Shown piece after piece: positions 10,585-23,791 of a stretch of 64,000 bases of DNA (its first letter is position 1; the number at the start of each line of letters is the position of its first letter). The notes beneath the pieces were generated by a model that was given only the letters and a program-made list of their open reading frames with translations, ran no database searches and was not told the origin of the DNA. This DNA is from Podospora anserina (lineage: Eukaryota). The stretch covers positions 3,534,001-3,598,000 of the forward strand of contig CM030337.1 of assembly GCA_017654855.1 (NCBI GenBank). The letters run 5' to 3'. Made by a program: the position numbers and the translations under genes.

Positions 10585-12796
10585 TTTGTCTGCTGCGAGT
10601 GTGCGTCTTGTGGAGCTTGAGCCCTCCAAAAATGGTTCCGTTTTGTGTATGTTCGTGATTCGCAACGAGATGTATTGGGATGAAAGTTTGATGTAGGATC
10701 GAAGTGCGCGACAAGCGAAATCTTTTGCGCGCAGCCGCAGGGGCCTTCGTGGGAAATCAGTCGTCCACAAGGCAACGAGCTTTGTTGGGATCAATCCAGA
10801 GCCTAGGTAGCTACAGGGCCCGGGATATCTGGGTAATAAACAGCAGAAAAAAGATGCGGTCCAATACTTCGGCGCAGCATACAAAGATGGTGCGACAGGA
10901 TGGGATTGACAGGTTGACAAAGTGCTCGGTGCAGTTGACGATTTCCCCAGGCGCAATCTGTTAAACCTCTCTCTTTGGGAAAGCGACAGATTGGGAGAAA
11001 AGTGGCCGGGGCCCCGGGATCTCCTTAAGCTCAACACCCCCAACAGCGCGACTGGACCCATGGGGAAGGGTTTAGCGTGTTGATGGCACGGACCACTTAC
11101 CACTTTGGAAGTCATCGAGGTCACGGGAAGGGCCAGAATGGGCCGTTGATCGGAGGTTTTGATTGGCTCTGGATTGCAGCCAGCGTGAGGGGAACCGACA
11201 TGGGGGCGTCCACACACACGCGCCGTGGTTCCGTGGGGAGCCCGAACTGTCAACGAATTGCAACCTTCCAAGTTGCGAAGAAGGCATCGTTTTCAGGCCA
11301 GAAACGACGTCTCCCTCAAGCCTCCTACGCTGTTTCTTCCGGAAGTGGGACATGATGGTTGTACACGCCATCAACTCCCCTCTCCCCGTTACTGGCAACC
11401 CCTCATGAGGCTGCCGTCCCCTTGTGGCTGATCCTCGCGGCAGGCGCTCGCCAACACCTACCTACATGCGTTGTATGCAGTCTCCCTTGCTCCATAAAAT
11501 CTGGGGAAGTTTTCACGTTGTCTTTGAATCCGGTCTTGCGGGTGACCCTTGAGCCCTTCAACGACGTTGCCGAATCTGTTCCATGCTGCACGGACCTTCG
11601 AGCCCCTATTTGGACCCGGAGAAAATGGAAGTCGTCAGTGCTGTCAAGTTCGCGACCGGATAATCGTTTCTTCCGTGCTCTTGTACAATCAAAAAGCCAG
11701 ATCCCCAAACGTCTTTGCGATGGACGCAGAAGAACAAAAGGAGCGGTGTGCAGCTTGGGGATGCAGCTTGGGTGGCAGTCTTGGCTGGGCTCTCCTCGGA
11801 ACCTTCAATGTCCCATATTTATTGACTGTTGATGGAAGGCTTGTTAATTCTGAGTGCTGGGTGAGAAAAGTGAAGATGGACAACAAAGAGCTTCGTGGAC
11901 AAGAGTCATGGCTTAGTTATGATATCTTTAAACTGTTGAATACCTAGAGCTGTACCGAGCTCGAAACCTGGATGGCCCGCTCCCGTTCTGGCACCTTGGC
12001 ATGTCGAGGTCGACAAGGGGTGACGGCAGCAGCCGACGTATTAAGTGGAACTAACAGCATCTCCGCCAAACGGCTTCCCAGAGTGTTAGTGTCGGTTGTA
12101 TCTGTAACACGGCCGCTCGCGTCGTTTCCGGTCAGATAGATCGACCGTTGGGGACGACCGTCGAGGATATGGATGTTCTTCTCGGGTCCTTCAGCTAAAT
12201 AATAAGCGTGTGGTCGGGATAACATATATAGTAGCAAGTGGCCTCACCTCTGGGCGGCGCTGCTCGACCTGACCCCTCAGTCTCGATGTCAAAGCCCTCA
12301 GTTGGGCCAATTGGGCATGCTGGTGCTGGCCAACCACGTCGGTAGAACAGAGGCCCCATCAAAACAGTTGGGGCCTCTGATGAGGTCCGGCCCCTCGTCA
12401 GGCTATTTGTTCCAGAAGTTGCGACGGTTCCAATGCTGCAGAGCTGCATGATTCAGGGCCAGATGCTTGCGGTCTCAAAGACCCCACCAAGGGGCGGCTT
12501 GGTCTCACTGGCTAGCCAAAGAAAGGATTGCCTGAGGAACCCCTCCATCAACCACCCCTCATCCACCTTGCTCCATCAGGCCCAGCCCAAATAAATAAGC
12601 TCCCATCATCATCCTCAGCCCCCTTCCCCGGTGTTCTGGTTCCCTTACAAGTAGTTTTACCTACCTTAACTCAACGACACCCGCCCCTAATTACTAGACT
12701 CAACGACGCCGTCTGCGCCTGCCACCACGAGTCAAAGTCGAACCGACGTGCCCAATCCCCACATCACAACGCTCACCGTAACTTTACTTTATCATC

Positions 12797-14342
12797 ATGT
12801 CTGGCCACGAAGAGGATCTCCTGCCCGAGAACAACTCGGGCTACAAGCTCTCCCAGCCTAAGCAGAGCTTGGCTGAGTACCAAAAGATGGGTAAGTAAAC
12901 GACTGCCCAGTGGGTTTTGCATCAGGGGTGATATATATAAAAGGACGCGAGTGAGAGCTTGGGCGAGGGGGTTGCGGCGGGTTGGGGTATTTCAGCAAGT
13001 GCTGGATGAGCATTGCACCTCAGTGGAAGGCTTGTTATCGTGATAATGGAATAGAGACGGAAATGGGGCGGGAGCAAGATATAAGTGCTTTTGCTAGGGT
13101 TAAACTTGGAGCATCCCGGGAGTCGAGCTCAATGCCCCGTCCAGCTGCCGGGAAAGCTGCCGGAGCAGGTGCTGTTCACTCGTCGAGAGCCCCGGTTGTT
13201 CCGTCGAAAACCGTTATTCACTGCTGGCTGGCTATTGTTCTCTGCAACGACTCGTCTGGCTGGCCCTGCCTGAGGCTTTCGACACTCGGAAGCTGTCTTA
13301 CCCTTCTCAACACCACCAACTGCATTCTTCCCTACCTCCCGCGGCCTCACCACACCATCCACTTCAGCATTTTCTCTCTTTCTCTCTCACAACCCACAAC
13401 ACCTATTTTTCTCCCGCCCCCGAGTCCAACCGAGATCAACATGTCTTCGGGAAATAAAGTCACGTTCCAGGAGAACTCGGAGGAGAAGACAGATGCCAAT
13501 GGCCGTGGTCGCGCTTTGAGTGGTGCCAAAGCCCCGGACCCGGGCTTGATTCGAACACCCTCCCGCCGTCTTCCGTCTCCATACCCCCATCACGATGCTC
13601 TGGATGAGCAGACGAGTCCCATCGGCAGCGCCTTGAAGCGTGCCAAAAACACTGCCTCTGCTGTCTTCTGTCTGGCCAACGCTAACCAAACCCACTCAGA
13701 CGAGGGCGATGAGTCTCTCCAGCGCTACAAGGCTTCTCTTGGTCTGACTGGCGGAAACGACCTCTCCGACCCCAACGACCCTCGTGTCTGCATCATTCAG
13801 TCTCTTACCATGGAGTCTCCTGGTCGTCCCCCGGTTGTCATCGACCTCTCGGCCCCCGGCAGTGTTGACAGCCTCAAGAAGACACCATTCAAGATCAAGG
13901 AGGGCGTCACCTTCACCATGAGCGCCCAGTTCAAGGTTCAGCATGAGATCCTCAGCGGTCTCCATTACGTTCAGGTTATCAAGCGCAAAAATATTACGAT
14001 CCCTGGTGTTGGCAAGTCTGACGAAATGATTGTAAGTTTCTTCCTGATGTATTCCACCACGCAATTGCAGTTTTGCTAACAAAGCAACAACAGGGCTCTT
14101 ATGCTCCCAACACCGACAAGCAGCCCTTCTACACAAAGAAGTGTGCGTACAATCTGTTTTCTTTTTTTTTTGAAGGGGGTGAAGCACGATACTGACCAAC
14201 CAGCTCAACAGTCCAAGAAGAGACGGCCCCAAGCGGCATGCTCGTCAGAGGCACATACCATGTTGCCTCTAGCTTTGTTGACGACGACAAGAAGACCCAT
14301 CTCAAGTTCGATTGGGCCTTTGAGATTGCTAAGGACTGGTAA
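12797..14342 (+). CDS. rdi1: Rho GDP-dissociation inhibitor
   Basis: Exon 1 MSGHEEDLLPENNSGYKLSQPKQSLAEYQKM, intron 12891-13699, then DEGDESLQRYKASLG..FKIKEG..FKVQHEILSGLHYVQ..EMI|GSYAPN..EETAPSGMLVRGTY..FVDDDKK..WAFEIAKDW*. These are the classic Rho-GDI motifs. Confidence 0.95.
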
Positions 14343-14886
14343 ACATCGCGTCACCGACAACATTACTTCTCACAACCACTGGATTGAGCTGTTGAAAGCG
14401 AGGAAAAGGAACGAACGACTTGGAGCTTCAGCGACCCCAATCACCACTTTGCGACTCGAATCCTCAGGCGCGATTCACTTTTTTTCTTGCTAGAGGCAGG
14501 CACGAGGGCTTAGATTTGGAACCAAAAAGGGAAAAGTCGAAGGAAGAATAGTGCGGGGCAGCAAGTCGTGCAATCTGGGTTGTTCTTGCTTTTGGTGGAA
14601 GATGGAAGGGTAGGAACGATTGGGGGATTGCGAATTGTAGTAGCGTGGACAATACTTTCTCTCACACTTGCTTCTGGGGCTCTGCGAGCAGAGTCCCTTC
14701 TCAAATACACATCAAATGCCGAGTCTGCGCTTCTCGTCTTTTTTTTTGTATGTCTACTTGAACATTGCTTGTGAACCCCTATGCGAAAGTCAACAAACAT
14801 CTGAGGGGGCCCCTTTTCCGAATGTAAACGAACCCCCGTTGCCGTTGCCATGCAGTCGGCCGGTGAACCTTGATCTTGGCGACGAC

Positions 14887-14962
14887 TAAGCATGAGAGCC
14901 GAGAGAGAGGACGATTAAGCATGGGAGCTGAGAGAGAGAGAGAGCAACTAAGCATGAGAGCC
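14887..14962. repeat. Degenerate ~30-bp minisatellite (TAAGCATGRGAGCY x3 separated by GA runs)
   Basis: Copies start at 14887, 14916 and 14949 in the region between convergent rdi1 and ppg1. Confidence 0.6.
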
Positions 14963-15524
14963 TCAGTAGAACATAGCCTCCCACAACATGGCATGGCTTG
15001 TTATGTTTTTGGAGCAACTTCACAAGTTAATGAGACTGGGGAATCAAGACATTCTCTCACAACAAAATAGGTTCTAGCATGCAGCAGTCATGGTCACCAC
15101 ACTATGCATCTGCGACTAGTACTACAATGAGAGTGAACCACAAAACCATCTCTACCACGGAGTACCAAAGTGTCTTTTGGAGGAAATCTCTTCGAGTAAA
15201 TAACTCCTCATTCATTTGGTATCATTCGTCTCCCTCTATAGGTATGTCATGCGCTATTCTTCAAAACAAATACAGGAACATGCCCTATTATTGCCCCTGC
15301 CCAACAGTTTGAGGAGGATGCAACTTGGTGCAGGACATCCTACAAATAACCCCCTTCTCTTGTCCCAGTTGGGCCTGCTTGAGGCGTGCCTGATACATCC
15401 CCGAGATCCAATCAAAAGCGAAAACATGAGCACCTTCTCTCGCTCTACTCCCCTGCGCCAACGCTGTGGTTTTCACATGCCTTCCCTTGGCAGCACTTCT
15501 AGTTCTAGTTTCCCAACCTCACCC

Positions 15525-16711
15525 TTATAAGAAGTAATCCGGCAACTGCCCCTGCTCCCCCATCTTATCCTGCCCCATCTGCATGTCCTTGACCTGGTCA
15601 TTCTCGGGCGCGGCTTCGAAAACGTTGAACACCCTCTCTCCGTTCTCACCCACTTCCAGCACACTCGCCATGTTTCCACAACGGTAACAGTAATTTGGGG
15701 CGCTCCACACCGTCGACAGCTGGTTGTCAAACAGCGTCTGGTATCCCTCCTGGCACAGCTGATGGGCGCGGAGGATGTGTTCCATCTTGTTGACTTCGAG
15801 AAACTTCTTCACGACTTGTGACCCAAATGTGTAGCCTGCGCCGCGGGGTGACAGGGAGAACTCGTCGCGCTCGGGGTCGGGATCGGACCAGACGAGATCG
15901 GCCATGGGGCCTTCGTGGGGGATCTCGCGGAAGCGGTCTATGATCTTGATTTGGTCGATGGAGTGGATTGATGGGGAGAGGCCTGCCAAGAAGGGGATTT
16001 GTCAGGGATGAGAAGGATGAAAGGAAAGGCAACGGGGTTCAAACTAACCACCATGTACGCAGAATATCCTGTCGTCAATCACCACACTCAACGTCAAGTA
16101 GTCAAACATGTCCGTGAAATGGTGCCAGACGTTGGCGTTGCCGTATTTCCTCGAGCATTCCGTGTAGAACCCATAAGACTGTGTTACGCCTCGAGACTCG
16201 TGGTTGCCCCTGATAAGGTGCAGCCGGTTGGGGTAGCGCAGCTTGAGGCATACGAGCAGCGAGATGGTCTCGACTGAGAACATGCCGCGGTCGACATAGT
16301 CACCTAGAAATAGATAGTTGGTGTCGGGACAGAAACCTCCGATGCGGAAGATCTCAATCAGGTCGTAGAACTGGCCGTGGATATCGCCGACGACGGTTAC
16401 TGGGGCTTTGACATGGACAACATTGGACTCCCTCATGAGGAGCTCTTTTGTTTTGGCGCATATCGCCTCGATGACCGACTCGGCGAGGAGTTCCTTCTTG
16501 TAAAGACGGGCGATACATTCGTCGAGGTCGACGGAGGCTGCAAGACTCGACGGTCAGTGGTGGTTGTTGAAGAGGCAGGAAATGGCGGGACAGGAAGGTG
16601 CTGGTTTGCGCTGCGATGACCAGGGGCTGGGTTGCGAACTGCTTGCTTGCCTGGATGCGGGCATGACGTGTGCGTGGTATGGGGGAGCGACTTACAAGGG
16701 AGGCCTGGCAT
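15525..16711 (-). CDS. ppg1: PP2A-like Ser/Thr protein phosphatase, PPG1 type (STRIPAK catalytic subunit family)
   Basis: Exon 1 MPGLP, intron 16538-16695, then [15 protein letters not shown]. Motifs [48 protein letters not shown] and C-terminal DYFL. The N-terminus matches PPG1 rather than PPH21. Confidence 0.92.
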
Positions 16712-18864
16712 TTTTTGCTCGAAAAGATAAAGGAGCGTCGTTGAATCGTAAAGGAATGGTGGCGCCTAGCAGTAGAGAGGAAAAAGAGGATCAGGGACCG
16801 CAATAGCGGCGATGTCTCCCAACTCGAGCGATGTCAACGGAGATTATTGGAAATGCGCGAACCAACATATTCGAAAGAGATGGAGCAGTCACATATGGAG
16901 GGGGAAAAGATCCAGAATAATCGAAATACTCCGTCTATTGGTGCAGTCGGAACATAGGACTATCGTGGGGCGTAGAGATGAGGTGTGTCGAGGACCTAAA
17001 GCATCATCATGGCGTCGTTGTAGGAGGCGGTAATCGTGGTCGTGGTCTTGTCTTTTTTTCTCGATTCACCCACCTACTTGGTAACTGGCGCGCAGCAATT
17101 CACTGCCTGAACCAAGCATCATCATTTGTCGGTGGACCGGGGAATCCTCGGCGATAAGATAGGCCAACGGTTCCAGGTTTCAGAGCCTCGTTCACGGACC
17201 ACCCCCCGCCAAACTCTCACCCACCGGCAACACGTGCATCTCTCACAGCTGCCCCACCTGGCGCCTGGGAAGTGTTTCTTTCAAAAGGGCACGTCTTCCC
17301 ACCCGCACCGCTGCCGCCAATCTCTTCTTCATTCATCCTCCTCTTTCTCGCCGTCGCTGCGGCCGCTGACCGACTGGCAGGGCATCGCCGTCCAGCGAAT
17401 TCAATCAGCAAACCGTCGCCGGAAATTCTCACTGCGCTGAGTCGGATTCCGTTCTCCTTGGCTCTCGAATTCTGAACGTCAAAACCACTCACGGACAGCA
17501 TTCATTGCTGCACTTCTCATTTTCTTGTCTCTTTCTCTACGTTCCGGCCATTTTAGCTGTTGAGGTTGTGCTCTCTGGCTGTTGACGTCTCCAACTCTCC
17601 AGCTCTTGCTTGCGTGTGTCTCCCCCGCCCCCCTCTGACACCTTCAGCACCTCGGGTCACTACAAGGTCCTCCCTCTCGCTGGTCTTGTTGAAAGCCGCC
17701 GCTCATATCGAGTCTTGGACGCGGGGTGGTGCTGCGCTGGGCATTTCCTTATTTTACTGTTTTTGTTGTTTTCCTCCTCGCAGCCTGTTGCCCAGGGTGC
17801 TTGAGGAGTTGTTGAGTTATAGACATTTACAAACTACTTCCCGTATCTGAATATCAAGATGAGCTTGTCCAACTTCAAGGTTGATAGAGGAACAATGTGG
17901 ACAATGGCATCTGAAACTGCTCCTTTGCTGCTCTTTGCACCTGCCGTATGGCTGCCGATATCAACCGTTTCATCCCATCTCAATACCATTCATCCATCCA
18001 TCATCACCATCGACTCAACAATAAAACCTGCTCACAATGACAGGTATTGTCTTCAAGTATCGAGCTTGGTTTCAAGTAGCCTCAACAGCATCTCTTGATG
18101 GGAACCACACAAATCGGCTCACGTGACATGAGTGAGGCCTGCGGTCTGCGGGGGCTGACCGTGGCGGCTGAGGAGATCCGAGCGCTTACCGATGAGAGGA
18201 GCGTTCAACCTCTGAATTTTGACATGCAGGTCCGATCACGCCGCATCCGCAACGACCATCCGCGAGTCCCTGCATCTTTAGCTCTCATGTTACAAGGCTG
18301 AGAACCATTATCACTCACTATTGCTATTCATCTCTATGTTGCTGCTGCTGTCTGGCCGGGCTGGGATCAAAGGAGGAGGAGATTGAAGTGCGGCCGAGTC
18401 TGCTGCTCACTGAGTGTCGCCAAACCGCCTGGGCTCAACTACCCCTGAACTGTGACTTGGTTGTTTCAGAGGATCGCGTGGACTTGAGGACTACCTAGCA
18501 GTGCCGAAGCCCCCTATTCGAATGCCAGGAACAGGCGTCAAGCGTTATCTCACGTCGTGTCGAGGCCGGTCGAGTCTTGAGATCGCCTTGGTGTGGTATC
18601 GCGGTATCGCGGGCAGAATCGCTACCCTTGTGCGACCTTCATTACATTGGAGATCAGACGAACGATACGCGCCTTCCCTATTCACCACGACCCCTTTATT
18701 GTTGTCGGCAACAATAGTGCTCTCTTGCAGCTCTACCTGGCATTGTCCATTGTTGAATACTGAGAAGGTTTTTTGGACCCCAGCAGTTGGGTATCTTTTT
18801 CGGACTGTTCTCATTTCACTTGCCTCAACCACGACTCTTCCCCCGACTTTCCAATCACACCACC

Positions 18865-21646
18865 ATGTCCACAGCACCTGGCCAGTCATCCCCAGACAAG
18901 AAACCCAACGAGCAGTGTTACAACTGCGGAAAAGATCATTGGACGTTGGCTTGCCCCGAACCGCAGAGGCCGATTATGGAGTAGGTCGTCCATTTCTTTC
19001 TTCACAACTCGACTCCTTCGATCCGGAAGACGTTCAAACCCCTTTCCCACTTCGATTTGTTTACTAACATTCTTGGCACAGCGGCATTCAGCGCTGGCAG
19101 TCGCGGCATCAAGAGCAAGGTGGTTCCAACCGTAACAACTCATCGCAAGAGAGACGCGGGCCAGTCGTAGAGCGTTACCCTCCCCTGCCGAATCACGGTC
19201 AAGCTATGGGCGGATACCCACCACCTTCAGGCTATCCCGTCCCCGGATATGCTGGCATGCCTCCTGTTCCTCCCGGCTTGCCTCCTGCTGGTCCACCTGG
19301 CTTGACTCCTGGTGGCCCTCCTGGTCTTCCACCTGGTCCTCCTGGCTACACCCCCAATGGTCCTCCCGGCTTCAATCCCAGTGGTCCACCAGGTCTGTCT
19401 TCTGCCGGTCCACCCGGTTTGCCCCCTGGTGTTGCACCTCGCCCCCCAAACCAACCCCCTCCACCTCCACCAGGACCTCCCCCTTCTCATCCTTACCAGC
19501 CGCAGCAACCATATCCACCAGCCCAGTATGCTGGAGGTTATCAAGCACCGCAGCCACCACAGCAGGCACCGCAGCATGGTCAGTATATTCCACCAGTTCC
19601 TCCACAGTATCCACAACAGTATGGCCAGCAACCTCCTTACGGCCAGCATCAATATGTTCCACCATATCACCCACAGGCCGGCCCATATGGCGGTGCCCCG
19701 AATTATCCTCCTCAGCAGTACGGTCAGCCAGGTCCGCCTACAGGACCTGCGCCATATGCTCAACCTCCTTTTGGCAGTCAAGCCCCGCCTCCACCACCTG
19801 CCGCCCCATACTATGCTGCCCACGCAGCTGGGTTCAGCCCTCCTCCCCTTGCCACGGGGGCATATCCCCCGCCTCCTCCGCCCGGCTGGGTTCCTCCTCC
19901 GTTCCCACCCGCCCATCAGCAGGCAGATGGCAGACACCAGCACTCGAACAACAATCGAGATAGAAAGGACCGGCGGAGGAGGAACAGGGATAGAAACCGA
20001 AATGGAAACCGCAATAACAACGGCAATGGTAATGGCAATGACAGCCAAGGCCGAAATGGTCAGCGCAGAGACCGGCCGCATAGCCAGCAAGTCCGGCAGC
20101 AGGCGTCTGCGGACGAAAACCAGGTGTCACCGGACGCCAGCCCAGCTCGGCGGCAGTCGGTGACGGGCGGTGACGGGGCGTTGGCGGGCGGTGCGGGATC
20201 GTCGGCGGATGTGACCAACCCGCCCGCAGATGTCGTAAGTTCGTTGGCGGATGGCAGTCAAGTGCCGGCTGAAGACATCCCAGCTTTGGAGCAGCCAGCA
20301 ATCGAGGGCCGTGAAGGCCAAAAGAAACGCCGGGGGAGGGCCGGGTCGCCAAGTCCACCCAAAGATCCCAATGAGTGGGACTTTGTGGTGGACAACAAGC
20401 ATGTCTTCCCGGACCTGGACCCAAAGCCCGCCGACCCCGTTGGCATCCCACTCCCCTTCCACTTCACGGAAGATCCCACCATCCCACCGGCTTACAATGC
20501 CACGTGCATCAAGTCAAAGTACTTCAATGAGTATGACTTGATGGACTTTTGCAAGTCGGTGCGGGACAAGGAGGAGTGGGAGAGGCTGAAGAATGACCCC
20601 ATCTTTCGTCACTACCCTGGCATGGTGAGGAGGACGTTTCCGCCAGACAATAGGATTGAGTACTCCACATACGAGCCTACCCCTCCTCTTTCCCCTTCTG
20701 TTGAGATCAAGTTGCCGCCCAAGTATGAGCCGCCTCAGCCAGCCTCCCCCGCCCCGGCTCCAGTTGACAGCCGGTATGGTAGCGAGTATGACAGCTTTGA
20801 AGACAAAAGAGGTAGACGGGATGACCGCTCCGTTAGAGACGATGATGTCGGCTTCCGCTCTCGCCGTTCGCCCCCCCACCAGCCCAGGCATCAAGACTCC
20901 CCACGCGATCGTGATCGTCGTGGCCAGAGCAGCAACCAAGACCGCTGGTCACGTTATCCTGATGACCGCGACAGAGACCGCGGCATAAAGCGTCGCCGAA
21001 GTGCCTCGCCCCCGACCCCAGCCGACATAACCGCCGACCCTTGGTCCCCCAACGCCGTCGAGCCTCCCTCCACCAAACGTCGCAGTGACGACCGCCACTC
21101 CGACACCCCCCGCGGGAGTACCTACCGTGACCGCAACGACCGCGTCCCCTACAACAAAAGAAACGACAGCGGCTACCACAGCGGCCAATCCCTCGACAAG
21201 ATCTCCTCCCGCCGCGACAGCCCAAGAGAGTGGCAACCCCAGTCCAACAGGCGAATGTCCAACCGCCCCCACGGTTACGACCAGCGCAACCGGTCTGCCA
21301 CCCGCAGTCGCAGCAGGAACAGCAGCAGCGGCTGTGAAAACGCCAGAAGCCGCACCAGAAGCCGGTCGCCTCCTCCCCGGAAAAAAGCTGCTTGGGGTAG
21401 AAGTAGGAGTAACTCCCCTTTGACGTTTCAGGACAAGATGCTGCTTGGTTTTACTGGAACTGAGAGCTCTGATGAGGAGGAGAAGGAGGTGGAGAAGAGG
21501 GTGGCCAAGGCGAGGAGGATGGAGAAGAAGAAGCCGCCTGTTAAAAGGCCCAAGGTTGCTTCTGCGTTTAAGTAAGTTTTGCCTGGTCTTTATGTTGTTT
21601 ATAAAGTATGCATACTGATAATCTTTGTAATAGTCGACGTTGGTAG
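18865..21646 (+). CDS. CCHC zinc-knuckle protein with Pro/Gly/Gln/Tyr-rich low-complexity region and RS/RD-rich C-terminus (putative RNA-binding or processing factor)
   Basis: ATG at 18865, CYNCGKDHWTLAC, intron 18982-19081 joining in frame to the 789-aa ORF. A probable last intron (GTAAGT at about 21572 to TAG 21633) gives a C-terminus of SAFNRRW*. Confidence 0.8.
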
Positions 21647-23791
21647 CCGGACTTGAGCGTTTCCAAACGAATTTTTGTGAAAGGGGAAACATCGTGCCTT
21701 CGTGGTGGATTTAGCCATTTTTAAAAATGGTGTTTTTTGAAGTTGGCGTTTGCATGCGTTTCTCTTTTTCGAGGTCGATGATGGGTTTAGTTTAAGGCGT
21801 CTGGGAATGATAAGTTGCTGTTTGCAACCGGGAAGTAAGGATAAACCTGGGATTGAAGTTATATAGCATTGCGTTTCAGTTGCACATATAATTGTACTTG
21901 GGATGTTGAATACTCTGCAACTTGTTAGATGGTATTTCTTACTATGACCCTCGTAGGCTCCATGCAGCAGAGTACCTCAAGCTCACGTAATGAGGTCTTT
22001 GCTGAAAAAGAACTGAAAACTTCAGGGTTAGTGACCGAGATGATACTCGAACTGCAGCGTCCTACGGTATATAGATGCCATCAAAGGAAAGAGGCAGGAG
22101 AGAAGCGTCGCCTTTGACTACTGCGTTAATTGGATAGCACGGTGCGACTTGATGTGATGTTTGGACGATTTTAGGAACAATGTTGGGACGCAATTCTGAT
22201 GCGGCTGCGCCTGGACTAAGTTGAGATTGTTGCCTGTTTGAAAGGGTGGTGTTAGAGAAAGACATCAAAGGTCGTAGGTAGTAGAGCGTGGGTGATTTCA
22301 CGCTCAGCAAGACAACTATGACAGACACTGTGCTCTGGTCTCATTTTTCATCATGTAGTGCAGTTTGCATGTTACATGATAAAAAGATTGCCATGATTTC
22401 GTCTTGTTTTTTTTTTGTGAGAGTATTGTCCAAGACGACATGTTCAGCCGACTTGGTATAAACAAGTACTGTAGCTTGAGTGATGACAATGTAATCGAAA
22501 CCTGACTCCTCTTTGAGGAATATATGATTTATGCTCGGACGATTTATCCTCAAGTATCTACAGTTTCATAGGCTCTTTCCGGCTTCATCAATACATATTC
22601 AGTTGGCCTTGTCTAGTAATGCTCGGACGATTTCTCCAAGTGAGTGATGTAATGCGGCTATTCTTCTTGAACTGAGCCTCTGCTTTTTTATTTGATAGCT
22701 ATTTACTCGGATTCGGATTTATCATTTCTTTTTCCTATGGTGTGGCATTCGGAACTATGCTTGGACGATTGATACTTGAAAATCTTTATCTGAATTCGGG
22801 GCGATTTACCAGGACAATCACCAGCAGGATTCAAGGGCACTGTGGAATGTGTGACATGTCCAGACTGATGAGAATAAACATCCTCAAAAGTGATGTGCCT
22901 GTTTATTTTCTCTTATGCCACTACTCTGGTAGTTCCTTCGGTCGGTCTCTGAGATGAAGGGAGGAAACTCACCTAAAAGCCCCTCTTTGACGGGTAAGGC
23001 AGAGATCAGTTTGACAACCAAGCGCCCAACCCTTCACCATTGCAATCCAGGCAGTCTGGAAAGGATAGAAATAGGAAGCCAAGATCTCAAAGCTGCTGGC
23101 GTGCGTCACCTGCATAATCTCCACTTTCCTGGGCCCTTTCCGTAAGCAACTCTACCACCCATGGCCACAAGCTTTGCTGTTGGTTCATGCTGCAGCTGTA
23201 GCCTGTGTCCAAGACCATCGTGCCTTCCCAAGGAGGCAGCCCTACTCGCCCCCCCAAATCCCCTCAGACCCAGTCATTGTCAGCGCTTGCCCCTCATTTA
23301 CCAATCCTCTTCCACCACATCCATTCATGGATCAAATGCCAGTTTGAATTATCGTCCACGAAAACCAGTGATTACTGCAGTCAAGGCGCCGAGACATAAT
23401 CCATGATCCGTACGACTCCACAACTTCAGCATCCACCAAATAGTCTCACCAAAGCCACGCCCACCCCACCAGGGCTGACCGCGGACCAACCTCGACGGCT
23501 GCCTGCCTATCGCCCAAAATGCAGTTATGTGTCAACCCAACGTTGCTAGACGCGGCCCGCCACAGCCGCATACCAACAGTCTCAACCCGCCGCTGACATG
23601 CATAGCAAAGTCAACAACCACTGGCGCCAAGCCCATCGTCAATGCAACAGTCAGTCAGGGCACGATGGACACTCAACTCGACCCCGCCAACCTGCCCCGC
23701 CATGTCGTGAGATTCATATAGAGGGCCAGAGATCTTTTGTCTTTACCTGCTTGGACTCTGTGTCTATTCAAAAACAAACAAAACTTGAACC

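Noticed and set aside
12982-13440. Upstream part of the 365-aa ORF overlapping the Rho-GDI intron
   Set aside because: Non-ATG start and non-coding-like composition; only the part from ATG 13441 looks plausible.
22157-22771. CRISPR-like array interpretation of the repeated 15-mer
   Set aside because: Eukaryotic context, repeats too short, spacing irregular and no cas genes.
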